Below, one piece after another: positions 9,661 to 19,353 of a stretch of 64,000 nucleotides of DNA; position 1 is the first letter of the stretch, and each line of letters starts with the position of its first letter. The stretch lies in the NCBI GenBank assembly GCA_902760905.1, contig CACWIL010000001.1, positions 2,186 to 66,185 of the forward strand, written 5' to 3'. The notes under the pieces are model-generated. The model was not told where the DNA came from, searched no databases, and saw only the letters and a list, made by a program, of their open reading frames with translations. A program made the position numbers and the translations under genes. Source of the stretch: an uncultured bacterium. Lineage in GTDB: Bacteria; Cyanobacteriota; Vampirovibrionia; Gastranaerophilales; Gastranaerophilaceae.

Positions 9661-9813
9661 ATGAAACGTACACTAGAAGGAACAAAGCTTAAAAGACAAC
9701 ACGTTAGCGGTTTCAGAGCAAGAATGGCAACTCCGGGCGGACAGGAAGTTTTAAACAGACGCCGTGCAAAAGGTCGTCATGAAATTTCTGTAACAGGAAG
9801 CAAACGTGCTTAA
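9661..9813 (+). CDS. rpmH: 50S ribosomal protein L34
   Basis: Below ORF-track cutoff; translates [50 protein letters not shown]. Confidence 0.97.
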   Translation: MKRTLEGTKLKRQHVSGFRARMATPGGQEVLNRRRAKGRHEISVTGSKRA

Positions 9814-9833
9814 TTAAATAGCTAAAACAGATT

Positions 9834-9865
9834 AAAAAAGAGCTGAGATTTTCTCAGCTTTTTTT
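9834..9865 (+). terminator. Intrinsic terminator after rpmH (probably bidirectional)
   Basis: A-run, AGCTGAGA-TTT-TCTCAGCT, T-run. Confidence 0.85.
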
Positions 9866-9899
9866 ATGTGTAAAGTGTTTTAAGTATTTAAAGAGCCAA

Positions 9900-9929
9900 T
9901 ATATTTATCTCTGCCTCCCGCAGCAATTT
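9900..9929 (-). repeat. Duplicate of the last codons and stop of the SEC-C gene (10079-10108)
   Basis: 27/30 identical; encodes NCCGRQR* versus NCCGGQR*. Confidence 0.8.
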
Positions 9930-9953
9930 ATAGGTCGGTTTTACTAAACCGAC
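9930..9953 (+). repeat. GTAG-type REP-like hairpin (single degenerate copy)
   Basis: ATAG-GTCGGTTT-TACT-AAACCGAC. Confidence 0.45.
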
Positions 9954-9982
9954 AATAATGGTTCCTTTGCAAAAATTATAGT

Positions 9983-10044
9983 GATTCTTCGCTGGTATCA
10001 TATTTAATAACAAACGATTTTTTAAACAACCCGCTCAGAATGAC
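9983..10044 (-). repeat. Solitary GTCAT-type palindromic unit
   Basis: GATTCTTCG...CTCAGAATGAC; flank AGATGGA matches the TCCATCT flank of the unit at 47156. Confidence 0.8.
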
Positions 10045-10083
10045 AGATGGAGGTGATAATTTGCGAATGAAGGAGAATTATAT

Positions 10084-11334
10084 TTACCTCTGCCCCCCGC
10101 AGCAGTTTTTGAATTTTTTACCGCTTCCGCATGGGCATGGTTCATTTCTGCCTACTTTTTGGGTAATTTCAGGTTTCTCCGGTTTCGGAGCTGATATAAT
10201 ATCAAAAACTTCTGAGAAAGCATTTGAACAGAACAGTACTGTTGCTGATGAATAAATTTTATTGGTTAAATATTCTGACTTGTAGTGTTGCAGGAGTTCA
10301 TCAAAAGAGTATTTTGTTTCTAAAAATTCATTAACTACATCCATAAAGTTCGGATATTTTTCCTGAACTCTTTTAAGAATAGTATCAGGAATGGAATCGT
10401 TTGCAAGGAAGTATTCAATACATTGTTTAGCGTTTTCTACAGAGTCCTTATCTTCAAAAATGTGACAGAATGTTTCGTAGAAAGGAACAGCGTACAGACC
10501 TTTGTCTTTGTCAAAGATTACGGCAACGTCGTATGTTTCGTTGTGTGCTGCAAAACCGCCCATTGAGTTTTCGAGGAAGTTTCCGTAGTTGTTTTCGAGT
10601 TCTTTTACGTGAAAGAACTTGTAATCTTTTATATCTGAACCTTTGTCTGAAAGGTCAATATCTTCGCCTTCGTTAAATGCACCTATGATGTCATCTGCGT
10701 GTTTGTTAGTAGTTAATATAATATCTGTTTTAAATGCGTTATTAAATTTTTCAGACATTTCTTTAATTGTATTTAAGACTTCTTGTTCTTTTTCCGGATT
10801 ATCGTAATATAATGCTTTTGGGTTTTGAATAAGTTTCATTACTGCGTATCTGTATGCATCTGTTTTTTGGGAGTGAGAAAGAACGCTTGAAATTTCAACT
10901 ATAAAATATTCATCTTTGAGATTAAAGATTCTGCCTGCAATATACTGTCCCGCATATATTCCTCTGAAGTTTGTCATCTTTGTAAGTGAAGAAACAGTGT
11001 ACAGCTTTTCGTTAGTCAAGTTGTAAAGTTCAAAACCGTTTTTAAGTATTTTTTTGATTTCAAATACAGAAGCTTGTGCATCAAGCAGAGCATCAACAAT
11101 TTCTTTGTTTTTTGCTTCTTCTTTGTATAGTTCAAGAATGAATTTGTCATTCAGTCTGCGTTCAAAAATATACGGAAGGAAGATTTTTTCCATTTGATTA
11201 AGCGATATATTTTTAGAACCAATTGTTGCAAGGTATTCGTCAAAATCAGCTTTAACAGCTTCATTGCGTTGAGTAAAGTTAAAAATATCTTTTAGTATAT
11301 CATTTATTTCCGTAATTTTTTCAATAACAGGCAT
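10084..11334 (-). CDS. Hypothetical protein with C-terminal SEC-C metal-binding motif
   Basis: Ends [21 protein letters not shown]. Confidence 0.88.
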   Translation of the reverse strand: MPVIEKITEINDILKDIFNFTQRNEAVKADFDEYLATIGSKNISLNQMEKIFLPYIFERRLNDKFILELYKEEAKNKEIVDALLDAQASVFEIKKILKNGFELYNLTNEKLYTVSSLTKMTNFRGIYAGQYIAGRIFNLKDEYFIVEISSVLSHSQKTDAYRYAVMKLIQNPKALYYDNPEKEQEVLNTIKEMSEKFNNAFKTDIILTTNKHADDIIGAFNEGEDIDLSDKGSDIKDYKFFHVKELENNYGNFLENSMGGFAAHNETYDVAVIFDKDKGLYAVPFYETFCHIFEDKDSVENAKQCIEYFLANDSIPDTILKRVQEKYPNFMDVVNEFLETKYSFDELLQHYKSEYLTNKIYSSATVLFCSNAFSEVFDIISAPKPEKPEITQKVGRNEPCPCGSGKKFKNCCGGQR

Positions 11335-11511
11335 AATAATCCTCCCTCTTTAATTATAAGGATACATTAATCATAATAAATAAGCAATAATCAACAAGGG
11401 TACTTATAGGAGAATTTTTATTATAAAAAATCAAAATCAAATAAACTGCTGATTTTGATAAAAAAGTTTTAAGAATGGAAAAAGAGAAAAAATAAAAAAC
11501 CTCTTTTTTAT

Positions 11512-12129
11512 TTACCCCTTCCCGAAAACCGGCGGGGGTTGAATGTAGAGTGGTTTTAACTTTGCCCATTCTGTCGGTTCTTTTTTAAGTGCTAATTTTG
11601 ATAAAATGTCACCCAGCGGATAATTCCCTTCCTGATAAGAGATTGCCATATCAGCGTATTGGCTTAGTCTTTGCTTCAGGCTGTTATCGGTTATTATTCT
11701 TTTACCTTTTACTAACTCATCAACTTCTTCAAGTTCAATGGCACCTTTGACCTCTCCGTCATAAACATAGGCCTTGTTTTTTCTTGCATCAAGAATCACC
11801 ATATCGTTGTCGCCCAATATTTTTGAAAGTATTTCAAGAGAAGATACACCTATTGTTTTTATGTTTAATTGTTGTGCAAGAACTCTTGCAACGGTAACGC
11901 AGGCTCTGATTCCGGTAAAACTTCCGGGTCCGATATCTGTTGCAATAATATCCAAATCTTTTGGTTCAAGTCCGCCTTCTTTTAAAACTTTTACAATAGT
12001 TGATATGAGATATGCTGAGTGATAATTTTCTCCGTCAGAAAAAATCACTTCGCTTTTTACAATTTTACTGTCGTTATTCAGCGTAATGTATGTTTTATCA
12101 AGACAAGTATCAAATGCTAAAATATTCAT
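11512..12129 (-). CDS. tsaB: tRNA t6A biosynthesis protein TsaB
   Basis: ILAFDT, GPGSFTGIR, GVSSLE, DARK, LKPLYIQ. Confidence 0.95.
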   Translation of the reverse strand: MNILAFDTCLDKTYITLNNDSKIVKSEVIFSDGENYHSAYLISTIVKVLKEGGLEPKDLDIIATDIGPGSFTGIRACVTVARVLAQQLNIKTIGVSSLEILSKILGDNDMVILDARKNKAYVYDGEVKGAIELEEVDELVKGKRIITDNSLKQRLSQYADMAISYQEGNYPLGDILSKLALKKEPTEWAKLKPLYIQPPPVFGKG

Positions 12130-12149
12130 TTTTATCCTTTTTCTTAGTT

Positions 12150-12182
12150 CCCTCCCTTTTAGGGGGAGGGTTAGGGTGGGGG
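12150..12182 (-). repeat. C/G-rich palindromic repeat abutting the tsaE stop codon
   Basis: Minus strand reads CCCCCACCCTAACCCTCCCCCTAAAAGGGAGGG. Confidence 0.8.
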
Positions 12183-12653
12183 CTAATTTTTTAACCCTTC
12201 TATCACCTTTTTGTTTTTTTCGCCGACTGATTTAAACTCATAAACTCTTGAATCGTCATCATCGTAGGTTACATTGATTTCTATTCTTTCAAACGGGAGT
12301 TCTCCCTGTGAAAACTCTGCCCATTCTACAAAAGTAATTTTTTTACCTTCGGAGTATTCTCTGAGTTCTTCAGTAATTGTGCTTATTCCTGTATGTTCCA
12401 GTCTGTATAAATCAAAATGATAAACAGGGATTGAAGCACTGTGATATTCGTTCAGAATTACAAAACTTGGGCTTGTTACTTTTTCTTTTATGCCCAAAGC
12501 TTCTGCTGCAAATTTTACGAATGCTGTTTTTCCGGCTCCGATTTCTCCGAAAAGATTAATAAAACAGCCCTGTTCTTTTACTAAAGAAACAAATTTGTAA
12601 GCAAGGTTTTTAGTATCCTCTAATGATGTACATTTTTGAATAAAACTTTCCAT
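12183..12653 (-). CDS. tsaE: tRNA t6A biosynthesis ATPase TsaE
   Basis: LFGEIGAGKT, VTSPSFVILNEY, YHFDLYRL, FVEWAE. Confidence 0.96.
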   Translation of the reverse strand: MESFIQKCTSLEDTKNLAYKFVSLVKEQGCFINLFGEIGAGKTAFVKFAAEALGIKEKVTSPSFVILNEYHSASIPVYHFDLYRLEHTGISTITEELREYSEGKKITFVEWAEFSQGELPFERIEINVTYDDDDSRVYEFKSVGEKNKKVIEGLKN

Positions 12654-12655
12654 AA

Positions 12656-13975
12656 CTATTTTTTCATACTCTTTCTGTACCAATAGTGAATAGCTCTTGC
12701 AACACGATTAGAAGAATGTCTTACAAGTCCTTCTTTATTTTCCTGAATAAGTTTTTGTGAAACAATCTCAATGTTTATAGGTGCTATATTTTCCATGTCT
12801 AAACGAACAGGAATAGAGCCTTGTTGAGCGTATCCTTCGGAAATATTATCAGGAAGCCTGTTATTTACAAGAACTGCATCAACAATTTTGTTTCCTTTAG
12901 CGTGCTTGAATAATGCGTTAATGTGGCTTGCAACAGTATAATCCGTTGTTTCACCGGGTTGTGTCATTATGTTGCATACATATATTTTTTTAGCTTTAGC
13001 TTTCATTAAAGCTTCAACGATGCCATTTACAAGAAGGTTTGGAATAACACTTGTGTATAAACTTCCGGGTCCTAAAATAATTAAATCTGCATCTCCGATT
13101 GCCGCAATAGCTTCAGGCAAAGCCTGACAGTTTTCCGGCTCGGTAAATAATCTTTTAATTTGCCCGTGAGCTTCAGGAATGCTTGATTCACCATGAACAA
13201 TTCTTCCGTCTTCAAATTCTGCGCCGAGCTTCATATCATCTAATGTTGCAGGAAGAACAACGCCTCTTATGTTTAATACGGTTGCAGATTCTTTTATTGC
13301 CTTAACCATATTACCTGTAATTGAACAGAGTGCTGTAAGGAAAAGGTTACCAAAACTGTGACCTTCAAGTCCTTCACCTGTTTTAAATCTGTATTGGAAA
13401 AGTTCTGTTATTAAATCTTCATCATCACCTAATGCTGCAATACAGTTTCTTATATCACCCGGAGGTAAGATGCCCATTTCTTCTCTGAGCCTTCCTGAGC
13501 TTCCGCCGTCATCACCTACGGTAACGATTGCTGTTATGTTGCTTGTATATCTTTTAATACCTCTCAGCAGCATTGATAAACCTGTGCCGCCGCCGATTGC
13601 AACAACTTTTGCACCTCTGTTAAGCTTTCTTCTTCTGTAAAGTTTTTCCAGAATAGATGAGTTTCCTTTTTCGGAGTTCATATCCATTATTGACAAAGTT
13701 GTTTTCTGCCAGCCTTTAAAGAATATTACTGCACCGATAAGAATGAATACTGCTGCCAAAAAGTTTGACGGCAGAAATAATGCAGCCTGTCTTATAAGTT
13801 CAAGTGTTCTGTATATAGGTCTGATATCTGCAAGTACCATAAACCCGAGAACAATCATTACCGAACCGAAAAATATCAGCAGAAACCATCTTTTTACTTC
13901 CAAACCCGGAAGCAGCCAGCCAACTTCTTTTTTTACGTTAACGTTATCTTTTAAATCATCTATATTAAATGCCAT
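12656..13975 (-). CDS. yvcK: YvcK/GlmR family protein with N-terminal TM extension
   Basis: WLLPGLEVKRW N-terminus, VAIGGGTGLS, DDGGSSGRLR, PPGDIRNC, GPGSLYTSVIPNL, NIMTQPGET. Confidence 0.93.
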   Translation of the reverse strand: MAFNIDDLKDNVNVKKEVGWLLPGLEVKRWFLLIFFGSVMIVLGFMVLADIRPIYRTLELIRQAALFLPSNFLAAVFILIGAVIFFKGWQKTTLSIMDMNSEKGNSSILEKLYRRRKLNRGAKVVAIGGGTGLSMLLRGIKRYTSNITAIVTVGDDGGSSGRLREEMGILPPGDIRNCIAALGDDEDLITELFQYRFKTGEGLEGHSFGNLFLTALCSITGNMVKAIKESATVLNIRGVVLPATLDDMKLGAEFEDGRIVHGESSIPEAHGQIKRLFTEPENCQALPEAIAAIGDADLIILGPGSLYTSVIPNLLVNGIVEALMKAKAKKIYVCNIMTQPGETTDYTVASHINALFKHAKGNKIVDAVLVNNRLPDNISEGYAQQGSIPVRLDMENIAPINIEIVSQKLIQENKEGLVRHSSNRVARAIHYWYRKSMKK

Positions 13976-14032
13976 TCTTATTACCTTCTTTTAAACATAC
14001 TGTTAATGATGAGAGTTTTTATATATTTAATC

Positions 14033-14830
14033 CTAGCTCTCTACCCAGCCTGACAGTTTTGCGTTGTTGTAATTTACAGGCGCAGGTGTAATCAGGCGTT
14101 TAGCTTCTTTGATTAAATCCATTGAGGTTTTGTATTTGTTTGAAAAATGGATTGTATCAACTTCACACATACTTACTCCGCCTAAATTATTGCGAATTTG
14201 TGATGTGTGAAGGAGGTGCTGCAATCTTTTTATCATTTCATAATTATTTGTATTGTCAGGAATTGCATAATCAACCGTTAAATCAGGGTTATAAGTTTTT
14301 TCTAAACAAAGCTCCTGAGCAACCGGCAAACCGACATAATCACCAACTTTTGAGGTTATATCTCCCATTGGTGCGTAATATACAAGCCAGTCTGAACATT
14401 TTTTAATCGCTTTTGCAACTGCAGTTGAGAAAGTGAAGTCCTCTCCGCAGGCTTTGTACATAGCACCATGTGGTCTTACGTGTTCAATACTTAATCCGTA
14501 TGCTTTTGCAAAAGACATAATTGCACCAACCTGATAAACAACAAGTGCTTCAAGTTCGTCTTCTTTAAGTTCAACAGGTCTGTAACCGAATCCCTGAATA
14601 TCATTAAATCCAATGTGTGCTCCGATTGCAACATTTTTTTCTTTTGCTTTTAAAAGAGCATCCTTAATTGTAACAGGATCGCCTGCGTGAAATCCGCATG
14701 AAATATTTACTGAACTTACATAATCCAAAAGTTCGTATTCCTGATTGTTTTTATATACTCCGTAAGCCTGTGCCAAGTCACAGTTAAAATCTATATTCTT
14801 AATTGATTTTTTTTCTAAAACTTCCTGCAT
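14033..14830 (-). CDS. LamB/YcsF (5-oxoprolinase subunit PxpA-like) family protein, divergent
   Basis: DFNCDL, NISCGFHAGDP, IGAH, HVRPHGAMY. Confidence 0.85.
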   Translation of the reverse strand: MQEVLEKKSIKNIDFNCDLAQAYGVYKNNQEYELLDYVSSVNISCGFHAGDPVTIKDALLKAKEKNVAIGAHIGFNDIQGFGYRPVELKEDELEALVVYQVGAIMSFAKAYGLSIEHVRPHGAMYKACGEDFTFSTAVAKAIKKCSDWLVYYAPMGDITSKVGDYVGLPVAQELCLEKTYNPDLTVDYAIPDNTNNYEMIKRLQHLLHTSQIRNNLGGVSMCEVDTIHFSNKYKTSMDLIKEAKRLITPAPVNYNNAKLSGWVES

Positions 14831-14881
14831 TAAAAAACTCCTTTTTATTCTAGATTATACAATAAAAATAAGAAACAGATG

Positions 14882-15727
14882 TTATGTTAAATCAGTTTTT
14901 GAAATTTTCTTTTGTAGTATTGCCAAAATAAATATGATTAAGAACAAGATATATGCCAGTGCACAGGATTTTCCTATATCAAAATATTCAAATGCGTATT
15001 TGTATATGGAATAAACTATGACGTTTGTGCTGTCCTGAGGTCCGCCTTCCGTCATTACATAAATCAAATCAAATACCTGGAAAGAAGATATTAGAGTAAC
15101 GAGCATTACAAAGTATGTTGTAGGTTTAAGTAAAGGTAAGGTAATTTTGAAAAAAGTTTCTTTTGCCCCTGCTCCATCTATTTTTGCTGCCTCGTATAAA
15201 GAGTTATCAATAGTTGAAAACCCTGTTAAAAACAAAACTATATTGTATCCGACAAGTTTCCATACCGATACAAAAATCAATACCGGCATGGCAAGATGAG
15301 TACTGAAAAGCCAAGTATAATGCGTTTTTAATAAAGAGTTTACTCCTCCGATATTCGGATCAAATATCCAGCCCCAAACTATTGCTATAACAACGGCAGG
15401 AGTTATAAACGGAAGAAAATATATTGTTTTAAAACTCTCACTTCCTCTTATTTTAGTGTTGAGTGCTGCTGCAATTACAAGCGGAATAATTACTGCAAAA
15501 ACAGTTGTTGATATAGCGTAAATAAAAGTATTAATCAAAATTTGTAAAAATTCTGTTTGGGAAAGTACTGCTTTATAATTTGCCAAACCGACAAATTTTA
15601 TCTCATTTAATAAATCCCAATCGGTAAAACTGAGTGCGAAAGAACAAAATATCGGAATAATAATAAAAACGAATGTTCCGATTAGTGCAGGAAGTATAAA
15701 TAAATATCCGTATCTCTCTTTGTTCAT
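14882..15727 (-). CDS. Carbohydrate ABC transporter permease (MalF/UgpA-like)
   Basis: LFILPA, FVGLANY, LYEAAKIDGA, ITLPLLKPT, MTEGGP. Confidence 0.93.
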   Translation of the reverse strand: MNKERYGYLFILPALIGTFVFIIIPIFCSFALSFTDWDLLNEIKFVGLANYKAVLSQTEFLQILINTFIYAISTTVFAVIIPLVIAAALNTKIRGSESFKTIYFLPFITPAVVIAIVWGWIFDPNIGGVNSLLKTHYTWLFSTHLAMPVLIFVSVWKLVGYNIVLFLTGFSTIDNSLYEAAKIDGAGAKETFFKITLPLLKPTTYFVMLVTLISSFQVFDLIYVMTEGGPQDSTNVIVYSIYKYAFEYFDIGKSCALAYILFLIIFILAILQKKISKTDLT

Positions 15728-15781
15728 GATATTATTATATAGTAACATTAATATTATGAAAAGAATAAAAGAGGGGTATAA

Positions 15782-17281
15782 ATGTTAGATACATCAGCAT
15801 TCGGAAAGAACGATATCAGAGGAATATACGGTGAAAACGTAACGGAAGAAGTTTTCTATTACACAGGCAGAGGTTTTGTTCAGTATCTTGTAAAAGAATC
15901 AAAACGAACTCCGTCAGAGATTTGGATTACTGTTTGCAGAGATGCAAGACTTCATTCTCCGGCTCTTTCAAAATCATTGATAGAGGGTATCCGCTCTTGC
16001 GGTGCTAATGTTGTTGATTTAGGTTTGGCTCCTACTCCTATCGGATATTATTCAGAAGCTGCAGGGCTTCCGCCTCAGGTTACAAAGTATCTTCCCGTAA
16101 CCGGTGCTTTAATTATTACTGCAAGCCATAATCCAAGCCAGTATAACGGTTTAAAAATGACTTATGCCAAGCAGACTTTGGGCGAAGCTCAGATAAAAGT
16201 CGTAAAAGAAATGACTGAAGAAGAATACAAGCTTCAGATCCCTCCTGTACCGTTTGGACAGCTTGTTGAGTACGACTTAATACCTGACTATATTGAAGAG
16301 ATGAAAAAACACTTCGGAATAATCGGTCAGGGGATAAAGGTTGTTGTCGATTCCGCTAACGGAACAGGCGGTATTGTTGGTCCAAAATTGTACAGAGCTT
16401 TAGGGTGTGAAGTTATTGAACTTTATTCTTTGCCTGACGGACGTTTCCCACACCACCATCCGAACCCGAGTGATGAAAAAACACTTAATGATATCAAAAA
16501 AGCAGTTGTTGCAAATAAAGCAGATATCGGTATTGCCTTTGATGGTGACAGTGACAGAATTGGAGTAATAGATTCAAACGGAAACTCAATGACAGGTGAT
16601 AAACTTCTTTTGATTTATTCGGAAAATATTATCAAAGAATACAACAAAAAAGGAATAAAACCTGTCATAGTATCAGAAGTAAAATGCTCACAGGTTTTGT
16701 ATGATACAATTAATGCAAACGGCGGTATTGCTGTTATGTGCAAAACGGGTCATGGTTATATAAAGGCTAAAATGAGAGAAACAGGAGCTGTTCTTGCCGG
16801 TGAAATGAGCGGTCATACTTTCTTTAAAGACACATATTACGGATTTGATGACGCTGTTTATGCAGGCTGCAGAATAATTGAGATAATAGCAGACAAGAAA
16901 AAACAAAACCCTGATTTCAAAATCTCAGATATGCTGAAACCATTTGAAGCAATGTATTCATCTTCAGAAGTAAGACTTCCATGTCCAAATTCACTAAAAT
17001 CGCAAACTTTAGAAAGTTTTCAGGCTGTAATTGCAGAAAATCCGAACTTCTTTGAAAGAGAAATTGAAGATATTATTACGCTTGACGGTATGAGAATTGT
17101 ATTTAAGAATGGCGGCGGTTTTGCGCTTATAAGACAAAGCAATACAGAACCTGTATTTACGCTCCGTTTTGAAGCAGATTCAAAAGAAAATGCGCAAAAG
17201 TATGAAGATTTGATGGTTAATAAACTTTTGGAAATTATCCAAAATTATTCTAAGAATTTGGCAGGAGTGGGGCAAAAATAA
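15782..17281 (+). CDS. Phosphomannomutase/phosphoglucomutase
   Basis: DIRG, ITASHNP, FDGDSDR, GEMSGH, RQSNTEP. Confidence 0.95.
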   Translation: MLDTSAFGKNDIRGIYGENVTEEVFYYTGRGFVQYLVKESKRTPSEIWITVCRDARLHSPALSKSLIEGIRSCGANVVDLGLAPTPIGYYSEAAGLPPQVTKYLPVTGALIITASHNPSQYNGLKMTYAKQTLGEAQIKVVKEMTEEEYKLQIPPVPFGQLVEYDLIPDYIEEMKKHFGIIGQGIKVVVDSANGTGGIVGPKLYRALGCEVIELYSLPDGRFPHHHPNPSDEKTLNDIKKAVVANKADIGIAFDGDSDRIGVIDSNGNSMTGDKLLLIYSENIIKEYNKKGIKPVIVSEVKCSQVLYDTINANGGIAVMCKTGHGYIKAKMRETGAVLAGEMSGHTFFKDTYYGFDDAVYAGCRIIEIIADKKKQNPDFKISDMLKPFEAMYSSSEVRLPCPNSLKSQTLESFQAVIAENPNFFEREIEDIITLDGMRIVFKNGGGFALIRQSNTEPVFTLRFEADSKENAQKYEDLMVNKLLEIIQNYSKNLAGVGQK

Positions 17282-17381
17282 GAATCTTACTGTAATTATA
17301 GAGATTTGTAAGGCTAAAACCATTTGCAGGAATGGGTTACTGCAAATCCAGGTTTCTGTTCTTTATAATTACCGGATTGTA

Positions 17382-17873
17382 TTAAGTATTATGTAATACG
17401 ATTTTGCCTGTTTCCAGTGTTGGTTTAACGTCAATTACTCTTTGATTAGTACTCCCAACCCAGTGTGCTTTTGGGTCAAGAAGTTCCTCAACAAACTTGC
17501 CTTCTGCAACAACGTCTAAAAGAGCAATCTCAGGGATATCCTTAATTTCTTCCCACAGGAATCCTGTATAGAGCCAGATATTCTTTTGCGGAAGTTCTTC
17601 GCGGATTCTTTTAGCAAGGCGGAAAACTTCTTCTCTGTTGAAAGGATGTAACGGATCGCCTCCGGAGAAGGTAATACCTTCAACGTAAGGCTTGCTTAAA
17701 TCATCAAACAATTCTTTTTCTGCGGCTTCATCAAAAGGTATTCCGCCGGCAACATCCCATGTAATCGGATTCTGGCAATTATGACAGTGGTGAGTGCACC
17801 CTGCAACCCACAAAACTGTTCTTAAACCGTCGCCATTTAACATGTCGTCTTTTGTAATATTGTGATAATTCAT
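17382..17873 (-). CDS. nrdG: Anaerobic ribonucleotide reductase activating protein (radical SAM)
   Basis: NGDGLRTVLWVAGCTHHCHNCQNP, GITFSGGDPL, IWLYTGF, GSTNQRVID. Confidence 0.93.
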   Translation of the reverse strand: MNYHNITKDDMLNGDGLRTVLWVAGCTHHCHNCQNPITWDVAGGIPFDEAAEKELFDDLSKPYVEGITFSGGDPLHPFNREEVFRLAKRIREELPQKNIWLYTGFLWEEIKDIPEIALLDVVAEGKFVEELLDPKAHWVGSTNQRVIDVKPTLETGKIVLHNT

Positions 17874-18030
17874 TCCTTTTCCCTCTAATATGAACCCTGA
17901 TAATAATGTCAGAAATTACCTGACCTAAATCCTTTTGAACATTCAGCCGGAGTAAACCTTATTTACTCCTCCCAAAATCCTTCTCTATACTTATACTATC
18001 ATGTCAAAATCTTTTTGCAAAAAGATTAAC

Positions 18031-19266
18031 TTATATTAAAATTTGTGCACCGAGCATAATTCTGTGTGAATCTTCGGCAACATCATCCTGGCAGAAGGCG
18101 TAATTTAAAATCAGTCTGAGTGCCTGACCTTTGATGAAATAATTGAGCCCGACAGTCATTTCCCTTTTTTTGTTTTCGGAAAATTCTTTATTTGGTGTAA
18201 ATTGATCATAACAAATAAGCAGCTGGAGTTTTTTTGTAATCATATACCCGAGAGTAGTATAAAAACCTGTTGCATGTTTTCTTGAGTGTCCGTAATAACC
18301 GTTATATCCGTTAGCGTTTGCCCACTCAAATTCAGCTGAGAATTTTTTATAATCATAGCCAATGTATGCGCCTGTCACAAAGAAGTTATCATCTCTTTTG
18401 CCAGTATCAATACCACCGCCGATTTTAAGTTTTCCGTATTTTTTCTCTTCAACATTAGCAAGTGGTTTAAAATTTACCCAGCCTACAAATTCAGCACCCG
18501 GAAACCAGTCCTGAAAGAATGTGTCAGAACTGTACAGACCGAAATCGTAATCTATATATTTATAATCTCCTTTTATTCTTCCGCCGAGCCTTCTTGCCAT
18601 ACCAAAATTTCTGGCAATTTGCGAACGCCCCAAAAATCCGATGGTATATGAACTGCTACCGCCTTCCATACCAATTTGAGGTCGGAAATGGCCTATCTGA
18701 ATTCTGTGATGGGGGATTTTATTTGTCGCAACAAAAACATCGGCAAAAAGCCCCTGAGTATAATTTCTTGAAGAATGAACAGGAAAGCCCATCATTATTC
18801 TGAAATCGCCGTTATTATCTTTCAAAAAACCATCAACGCCGATATTTAATGCATTAAAGTTGAATTTGTCCTGCATAACTCCGTCATCATAGAATGCCAT
18901 GTCATTGTATGCATTAAAAGCACCCCAAACGTGAATATTATCCATTTTTGATTCAGGTTTAAAGTGGTAGGTTAACGGTTCTCTGTACAGATACTCCGGT
19001 ACGTCGTATCTGTCAACTTCCAGTTTATATACGGATTTGAGTTTTTCACGCAAAGTCATGTTTTCGCTGACTTCTGCAGCCTGGACCGGAGCTTCTTCCG
19101 GCTTGCTTTCGGCATTAACATTTTCTTCATCAGGAACTGTTAACGTAACTTGTTCAAAAAGCTCATTACTATCTATATTTTGGGCTATTACCTCTTCTGC
19201 ATTAACACTTTTTACAAAACAAAAAACAATGGTTGTTGCAAAAAGAAAGCGTAAAAAATTTTTCAT
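18031..19266 (-). CDS. Outer-membrane porin (OprO/OprP-like)
   Basis: Signal peptide, amphipathic beta strands, TVGLNYF...LRLILNY C-terminal barrel pattern. Confidence 0.75.
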   Translation of the reverse strand: MKNFLRFLFATTIVFCFVKSVNAEEVIAQNIDSNELFEQVTLTVPDEENVNAESKPEEAPVQAAEVSENMTLREKLKSVYKLEVDRYDVPEYLYREPLTYHFKPESKMDNIHVWGAFNAYNDMAFYDDGVMQDKFNFNALNIGVDGFLKDNNGDFRIMMGFPVHSSRNYTQGLFADVFVATNKIPHHRIQIGHFRPQIGMEGGSSSYTIGFLGRSQIARNFGMARRLGGRIKGDYKYIDYDFGLYSSDTFFQDWFPGAEFVGWVNFKPLANVEEKKYGKLKIGGGIDTGKRDDNFFVTGAYIGYDYKKFSAEFEWANANGYNGYYGHSRKHATGFYTTLGYMITKKLQLLICYDQFTPNKEFSENKKREMTVGLNYFIKGQALRLILNYAFCQDDVAEDSHRIMLGAQILI

Positions 19267-19353
19267 AATTAATATTCTAGCATAAATACTTTATAACTTC
19301 TTCCACTTTTTAATCGAAAGTGCAAAAAAATTTTTTAGGGGGTTTATTTTGAT

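Noticed and set aside
9900-10108. Prophage attL/attR or DGR repeat pair
   Set aside because: Only ~150 bp enclosed, no integrase or reverse transcriptase, and the mismatches are not adenine-specific
17884-17990. TPP or glycine riboswitch before nrdG
   Set aside because: Only isolated words resemble these aptamers; the conserved cores are absent or on the wrong strand
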